Source: an uncultured Planctomycetia bacterium (GTDB lineage Bacteria > Omnitrophota > Gorgyraeia > Tantalellales > Tantalellaceae). From it: 48,756 bases of DNA. The position numbers and the translations under genes are program-made. Below the pieces are notes generated by a model. The model was given only the letters and a program-made list of their open reading frames with translations. It was not told the origin of the DNA and did no database searches. Positions 42,341 to 48,756 of the stretch are shown here, one piece after another (positions within the stretch are counted from its first letter, which is position 1; each line of letters starts with the position of its first letter). The DNA lies in the NCBI GenBank assembly GCA_964580895.1, contig CAZOMD010000001.1, positions 1 to 48,756 of the forward strand. The letters are read 5' to 3'.

Positions 42341-43294
42341 ATGAAAAAATATGTGATTTGCTGCGGCAATGTCGCTTTTGACCTAATCTCCTACTCCGGC
42401 TTTGATCGGTACGGGTCCCTCTTTGAAGCCCGGCCCGGCGGGTCAGTGCTTAATACCGCCATACATCTTTCTAGGCTCGGACTTCCCGTAATAATGTTAT
42501 CGAAGACCAGTAAAGATATCCTTGGCGATGCTATCGTTAAAATAATGGCGCAAGAAAAAATACGGACAAATTATGTGTTCCAGGACGAAAGGATAAAGAC
42601 CAGCCTCGCGGTAGCCTCCCTTGACAAAAAGGGGGATTCTTCTTACATCTTTTACAAATCCGACGGTCCGGAAACAGCCTTTAAAAAAGGAGAGATCCCC
42701 GCGTCTTTGTTCGCCTCCGCTTTTTCTCTCCACTCCGGTTCCGCGTATACGTATGACGATTACACGTTCGGATCCACGCTAGAGCTAATGGCCGCGGCGA
42801 GAAAGGCGCGGATCTTTACTACCTATGACCCAAATTGGCGGGAGGAAAGAATACGCGATAAACCGGCAGCGCGGCGCCGGATAAAAAAGTTATTAGAATT
42901 CACGTCCCTATTGAAACTGAGCGAAAATGATCTTGTCAGCATCACCGGCACGCGCACTTTGAATAGCGCCTTGTCAAAGATAAACAGAAGCGCCGTGGTA
43001 ACACTCGGCCGGAAAGGGTCTTTTTATTGGGATGGCAAAACCAAAATATTTTGCCCGGCCTTCAAGGTTTCCGTTATTGATACGATCGGCGCGGGTGACG
43101 CCTTCACCGCCGGACTGATCTATAAGTATTCTACGGAAGGCGATAAAGCTTTCCTGGGCAACATTGGGGAAACCCTCCGCTTTTCTTCCTGTGTATCCGC
43201 GGCGGTGTGCTCCGGGAAAGGCGCGAACGCGGGACTGCGTAATCTGTCTCAAATAAAAAGAATGCTGGCGAACCCGGCTAAGTCTAAATCTTAA
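42341..43294 (+). CDS. PfkB-family sugar kinase (fructokinase/ribokinase-like)
   Basis: MKKYVICCGNVAFDLI N-terminus and the GAGDAFTAG anion-hole motif. The TTG-initiated extension from 42299 is discounted. Confidence 0.85.
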   Translation: MKKYVICCGNVAFDLISYSGFDRYGSLFEARPGGSVLNTAIHLSRLGLPVIMLSKTSKDILGDAIVKIMAQEKIRTNYVFQDERIKTSLAVASLDKKGDSSYIFYKSDGPETAFKKGEIPASLFASAFSLHSGSAYTYDDYTFGSTLELMAAARKARIFTTYDPNWREERIRDKPAARRRIKKLLEFTSLLKLSENDLVSITGTRTLNSALSKINRSAVVTLGRKGSFYWDGKTKIFCPAFKVSVIDTIGAGDAFTAGLIYKYSTEGDKAFLGNIGETLRFSSCVSAAVCSGKGANAGLRNLSQIKRMLANPAKSKS

Positions 43295-43321
43295 TCCAAA
43301 ATAAATCCTAAAACATAAACT

Positions 43322-43512
43322 CTAAACCCTAAATAAACTTAAAACTCGAAATACAAAACTCAGCGCCCAAACACCGAAGTGCCATTTTGCCCTTGTAACT
43401 TGGCAAATCTTTTAGTTCCACCCCATAGATTATTCTGTTTTGGGTTTTGCATTTGGACCATTTGAGTTTATTTAGAATTTAGTGTTTCGTGTTTAGAGTT
43501 TGTCATAACATT
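43322..43512. repeat. AT-rich long inverted-repeat element, copy 1
   Basis: Left arm aaactctaaaccctaaataaacttaaaactcgaaatacaaaac. Right arm gttttgcatttggaccatttgagtttatttagaatttagtgtttcgtgtttagagttt. Same family as 45786-45962. Confidence 0.7.
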
Positions 43513-43526
43513 GCCTCTTGCTTCTC

Positions 43527-43613
43527 TCTCGACTCTGACCCATCGAATCTTTGACTCTTCGCAACCAGCGGAACCCCGTCTCCCGGCAGGCGTCAAACAG
43601 ACAAACCGGCAAA
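43527..43613 (+). repeat. Mixed 8-nt periodic arrays (TGACTC-type, then AAC-type) with a cccggcagg hairpin
   Basis: ctcgactc tgaccc..gaatc tttgactc ttcgcaac cagcggaac ... gtcaaac agacaaac cggcaaac. Confidence 0.7.
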
Positions 43614-43645
43614 CCTCTTTGCTCTGCGCGCCGCAAGCTCTCCGG

Positions 43646-45776
<2,131 letters not shown>

Positions 45777-45785
45777 AGTATTTGT

Positions 45786-45962
45786 AAAACTCTAAACCCT
45801 AAATCCCTGCCTGCCGGCAGGCGAAACTCTAAATAAATTTAAAACACAAAATATAAAACCACAAGTATCGAAACGTTTACCTAAATCGTATGGTTTTGGA
45901 TTTTTTTTTTTTGTTATTTGAGTTTATGTAGCATGTAGTGTTTTGTGTTTAGTGTTTGTCTT
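45786..45962. repeat. AT-rich long inverted-repeat element, copy 2
   Basis: Shares aaactctaaaccctaaat, aaactctaaataaa, atttgagtttat and tagtgttttgtgtttagtgtttgtc with copy 1. Carries an inserted ccctgcctgccggcagg hairpin and a T12 run. Confidence 0.7.
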
Positions 45963-46017
45963 GATTTTGCTTCTGTCTTGTAACATCTAACGCCTGATCC
46001 CTTCCCTATCTTCACTA

Positions 46018-46040
46018 CTGAACTGGCAAACCAGTTAACT
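46018..46040 (+). repeat. Short 8-nt periodic array (NNGNNAAC)
   Basis: ctgaac tggcaaac cagttaac, overlapping the rnfB stop codon. Confidence 0.6.
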
Positions 46041-46844
46041 AATTTCCTTGATCACTTTAGTCGGACACTTTGCCGCTATGGTTTTTAGCTTCCCGAGGTC
46101 GGTATGTTTCGAATGGTCCGCCACCGAAAGGTTATCTTCCATCCTAAAAAATCCTTCCGGGGAAAGTTTCACGCATATCCCGCACGCGATACATCCAACC
46201 GGGCATATCTTCCGCACACGAAGAGCATCGTCGTGAGAACTGCATGCCACATATACCAGGCTATGGTCCTTCTTTTTCTCAAGGCTTATGATCTTTCTCG
46301 GACACGCTCCGGCGCACTTAGCGCAGCCGGTGCATTTTTCCTTATCCAGCCGGGGGAGCCCATCGCGCATAGAAAGCGCCCCAAAAGGACACACCTTGCA
46401 ACAGTCGCCTAACCCGATGCATCCGTACTCGCATGCCATACCCCCGCCGAACACGAGCTTTGCCGCGCTGCAAGTCATCACGCCCTTATATTCCGTCTTC
46501 CCGGCTTTATGTTGCCATTCGGCGGCACAATGAACTAGCGGGATCCGCTTATCAGCATGGCTGCCATCACGGCCGGCAAGTTTAAACAACTCTTTTCTCG
46601 CTTCATCATCCAATATTCGGCACTTTCCCGGATCGCCGTGCTCTTTGACGATATGTTCGGCATAGGCATGGCAGCTCGTGAAGCCGCAGGCTCCGCAGTT
46701 AAGTCCCGGCAGCTTGCTTAATATCGCGCCGACACGAGGGTCATCCGCCACTTTAAGCTTCTTGTCCGCGAACGCGAGGATCGCGGCAAAGACGACCGAC
46801 AGCCCCGTCATGATAAACAAAGATATCAGTATTAAGTTATTCAT
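46035..46844 (-). CDS. rnfB: Rnf complex subunit B (Fe-S)
   Basis: N-terminal TM, CGACGFTSC, and several CxxCxxCxxxCP ferredoxin motifs. Confidence 0.88.
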   Translation of the reverse strand: MNNLILISLFIMTGLSVVFAAILAFADKKLKVADDPRVGAILSKLPGLNCGACGFTSCHAYAEHIVKEHGDPGKCRILDDEARKELFKLAGRDGSHADKRIPLVHCAAEWQHKAGKTEYKGVMTCSAAKLVFGGGMACEYGCIGLGDCCKVCPFGALSMRDGLPRLDKEKCTGCAKCAGACPRKIISLEKKKDHSLVYVACSSHDDALRVRKICPVGCIACGICVKLSPEGFFRMEDNLSVADHSKHTDLGKLKTIAAKCPTKVIKEIS

Positions 46845-46881
46845 ATTTTATCCCGCAATTCAAGTTCGGCAAAATTCGGGG

Positions 46882-47463
46882 TTATCCGCCTATGAGCCCG
46901 CCGAAACCCATAAAGGCCAGCGCCAACATCCCCGCCAATATCAAAGTTATCCCCGTGCCTTTCAATGGCCCGGGAATATCGGCATACTCAAGTTCTTCCC
47001 TGATACCGGCCATTATTATGAGCGCCAAAGTAAAACCTACCCCGGCGCTGAACCCAAAAACCACGGATTTAATAAAGGCGTACTCTCTTAGCACTATAAA
47101 AAGCGCGAGCCCCAACACAGCGCAGTTCGTCGTTATCAGCGGAAGAAATATTCCCAGAGCTTTATAAAGGGCCGGGGACGTTTTCCGCACGAACATCTCC
47201 ACGAATTGCACAAGACAAGCGATCATCATTATAAACACCACATACTGTAAAAATACCAGATTAAACGGCACGAGGAGATAATAGTATACAATCCATGAGA
47301 GACTGGCGGTCAGCGTCATGACAAATGTCGTCGCGAGACCAAGCCCCACAGCGCTTTCTATCCGGTTAGATACGCCGATAAAAGGACAGATACCCAAAAA
47401 ATACGTCAGCACGAAGTTGTTGGTTATCCCGGCCGCTATAAAAACAAAAATCAGGTCCTTCAT
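46882..47463 (-). CDS. rnfA: Rnf complex subunit A
   Basis: 193-aa polytopic protein, NNFVLTYFLGICPF. Confidence 0.9.
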   Translation of the reverse strand: MKDLIFVFIAAGITNNFVLTYFLGICPFIGVSNRIESAVGLGLATTFVMTLTASLSWIVYYYLLVPFNLVFLQYVVFIMMIACLVQFVEMFVRKTSPALYKALGIFLPLITTNCAVLGLALFIVLREYAFIKSVVFGFSAGVGFTLALIIMAGIREELEYADIPGPLKGTGITLILAGMLALAFMGFGGLIGG

Positions 47464-47466
47464 TTC

Positions 47467-48066
47467 TTATCCGTTCTTCCCTTTGAGCTTGTCGTTTATA
47501 ACGTTAAATAGCCCCACAAGAAGGCCAAAGGTAATAAAAGCTCCGGCCGGCATTATCATGACCGCCCAGCTTGTGAAATTTTCACCCATAAGTTTGTACC
47601 CAAAAAGTTCGCCCGAACCCAAGATCTCTCTTATGCTGCCCATCACCATGAGAGCGCCCGTAAATCCAAGTCCCATTCCTATGGCGTCCATCGCCGACCG
47701 CATAACACCGTGTTTTGACGCGAAGGCCTCCGCCCGACCGAGGATTATGCAATTGACGACGATAAGCGGCACGTACGGCCCGAGGGCCTTACTTATCTCG
47801 AAAAAATTAGCCTTGAGAAAATAATCAGCCGCGGTAACAAAGGTCGCGATTATAATGGTAAAAACGGCTATCCTCACCTGGTCGGGGACCCATTTCCGCA
47901 CAAGCGAAACGACGATGCTTGACGCGACTACAACGAAAGTGGTCGCCATGCCCATGGAGAACCCAAAAAGGGCTTTCGTCGTGACCGCGAGCGTCGGGCA
48001 GGTACCCAAAACCTGCACAAAGGTAGGGTTCTCTTTCCACAGGCCTCTGCCCAGATCTTTGATCAT
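47467..48066 (-). CDS. rnfE: Rnf complex subunit E
   Basis: NPTFVQVLGTCPTLAVTT, 199-aa polytopic protein. Confidence 0.9.
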   Translation of the reverse strand: MIKDLGRGLWKENPTFVQVLGTCPTLAVTTKALFGFSMGMATTFVVVASSIVVSLVRKWVPDQVRIAVFTIIIATFVTAADYFLKANFFEISKALGPYVPLIVVNCIILGRAEAFASKHGVMRSAMDAIGMGLGFTGALMVMGSIREILGSGELFGYKLMGENFTSWAVMIMPAGAFITFGLLVGLFNVINDKLKGKNG

Positions 48067-48662
48067 ATTTCTTTACCTCCCGCTTCGCCCGCCACGCGGG
48101 TCCTTACTTCCTCTACTTTACCGTTAATGACGTTTACCACGGCCCGTGAGGATATCGTCGCGCCGGTAATAGCCTGTATTTCATATTCCTTCTGCGGAGG
48201 GCTGTTTTTTATGTATTCTATCGGCTGGGACATAACAAGCCCCTTGAATTGTCCTCTGAACTTTTCGCCCATTATCTCCGCGCCAAGACCTGGCGTTTCC
48301 GACGATTCCAGTATCTCTATCCCCTTCAGGCTTCTGCCTGCGGGATCGATCCCGCCTATTATTTTTATTGCCCCCTGATATCCGTTGCCTTCCGCCAAAA
48401 AAGCGTAACCCGCCTCCTGCCCGGAAGAAGTAAAGACCTTATAAAGATCTTTCCCCCCGAACTCTTTTAAAGTCACGTTATCGTCGCCGAATACCTTTTT
48501 TATGGCGCGCCCCGTCTCCTGCGCGACATTGACTTCTATCTTTGGCACAGCGTACTTATAGACAAATACGAGACTCGCACCTGAAAGTATTCCAACCGCC
48601 GCCAACACGGCAAACAGCCGTAAGGCGCTTTCCATGACGCTTTCTTCTTTTTTCACGTTCAT
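48063..48662 (-). CDS. rnfG: Rnf complex subunit G (FMN-binding)
   Basis: N-terminal TM and the ITGATISSRAV FMN-attachment motif. Confidence 0.88.
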   Translation of the reverse strand: MNVKKEESVMESALRLFAVLAAVGILSGASLVFVYKYAVPKIEVNVAQETGRAIKKVFGDDNVTLKEFGGKDLYKVFTSSGQEAGYAFLAEGNGYQGAIKIIGGIDPAGRSLKGIEILESSETPGLGAEIMGEKFRGQFKGLVMSQPIEYIKNSPPQKEYEIQAITGATISSRAVVNVINGKVEEVRTRVAGEAGGKEI

Positions 48663-48663
48663 T

Positions 48664-48756
48664 TCAAACCCCGAACCTTTTCGGTCTTGTCAGTCTGTTT
48701 ATAAGCGGCGTCAAAGCGTTCATAAGAAGGATGGAATACATGACCCCTTCCGGGAG
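48664..48756 (-). CDS. rnfD: Rnf complex subunit D, C-terminal fragment (runs off the window)
   Basis: My translation is LPEGVMYSILLMNALTPLINRLTRPKRFGV*, matching the RnfD/NqrB C-terminus. The stop is 1 nt before the rnfG ATG. Confidence 0.8.
   Translation of the reverse strand, partial: LPEGVMYSILLMNALTPLINRLTRPKRFGV

Noticed and set aside
43327-43344. Telomere-like ccctaaa units (ctaaaccctaaat) in the AT-rich elements
   Set aside because: A single unit per element within a bacterial intergenic repeat; coincidental.

Overview
The window looks like a bacterial chromosome segment, possibly from an uncultivated lineage with many intergenic repeats. Nearly all genes are on the minus strand. 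The housekeeping backbone holds tRNA-Gln, spoVG, ispE, a split transketolase, hisG, nrdR, a dCMP deaminase, glyA, rpiB, purE, purD, purM, purB, eno, ftsB, purN and rnfDGEAB. It is interrupted between about 20.5 and 42.3 kb by an accessory segment that contains an initiator tRNA-Met gene near its left end. The left part of that segment (about 20.9-31.1 kb) is visibly AT-richer. It carries small cassettes, several of them bracketed by their own short direct repeats: a HEPN/MNT toxin-antitoxin (TA) pair, a Swt1-like HEPN protein, and an AbiEii/XRE pair. A 799-aa GHKL-ATPase with a 76-aa partner sits between two of these repeat families, behind a consensus promoter. The right part (31.2-41.6 kb) is one operon of two overlapping giant ORFs (about 1780 and 1713 aa). 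They share a repeated K/R-linker plus GSPY module. They combine a signal anchor, a multi-TM block, a possible methyltransferase fold, a 330-aa internal duplication, two GGDEF-type palm domains (SGDEF and degenerate) and a histidine-kinase-type ATPase with no canonical H-box. This operon is my best candidate for an undescribed system, followed by the GHKL/HEPN module. Non-coding signals include a conserved structured leader shared by glyA and purB (riboswitch-like, no known class matched by eye). There is also a 274-bp element bounded by terminal inverted repeats (TIRs), present twice, and long AT-rich inverted-repeat elements present twice. Degenerate 7-8-nt periodic arrays recur in intergenic spacers. 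All calls rest on reading motifs in the supplied translations and sequence; no database search was run.
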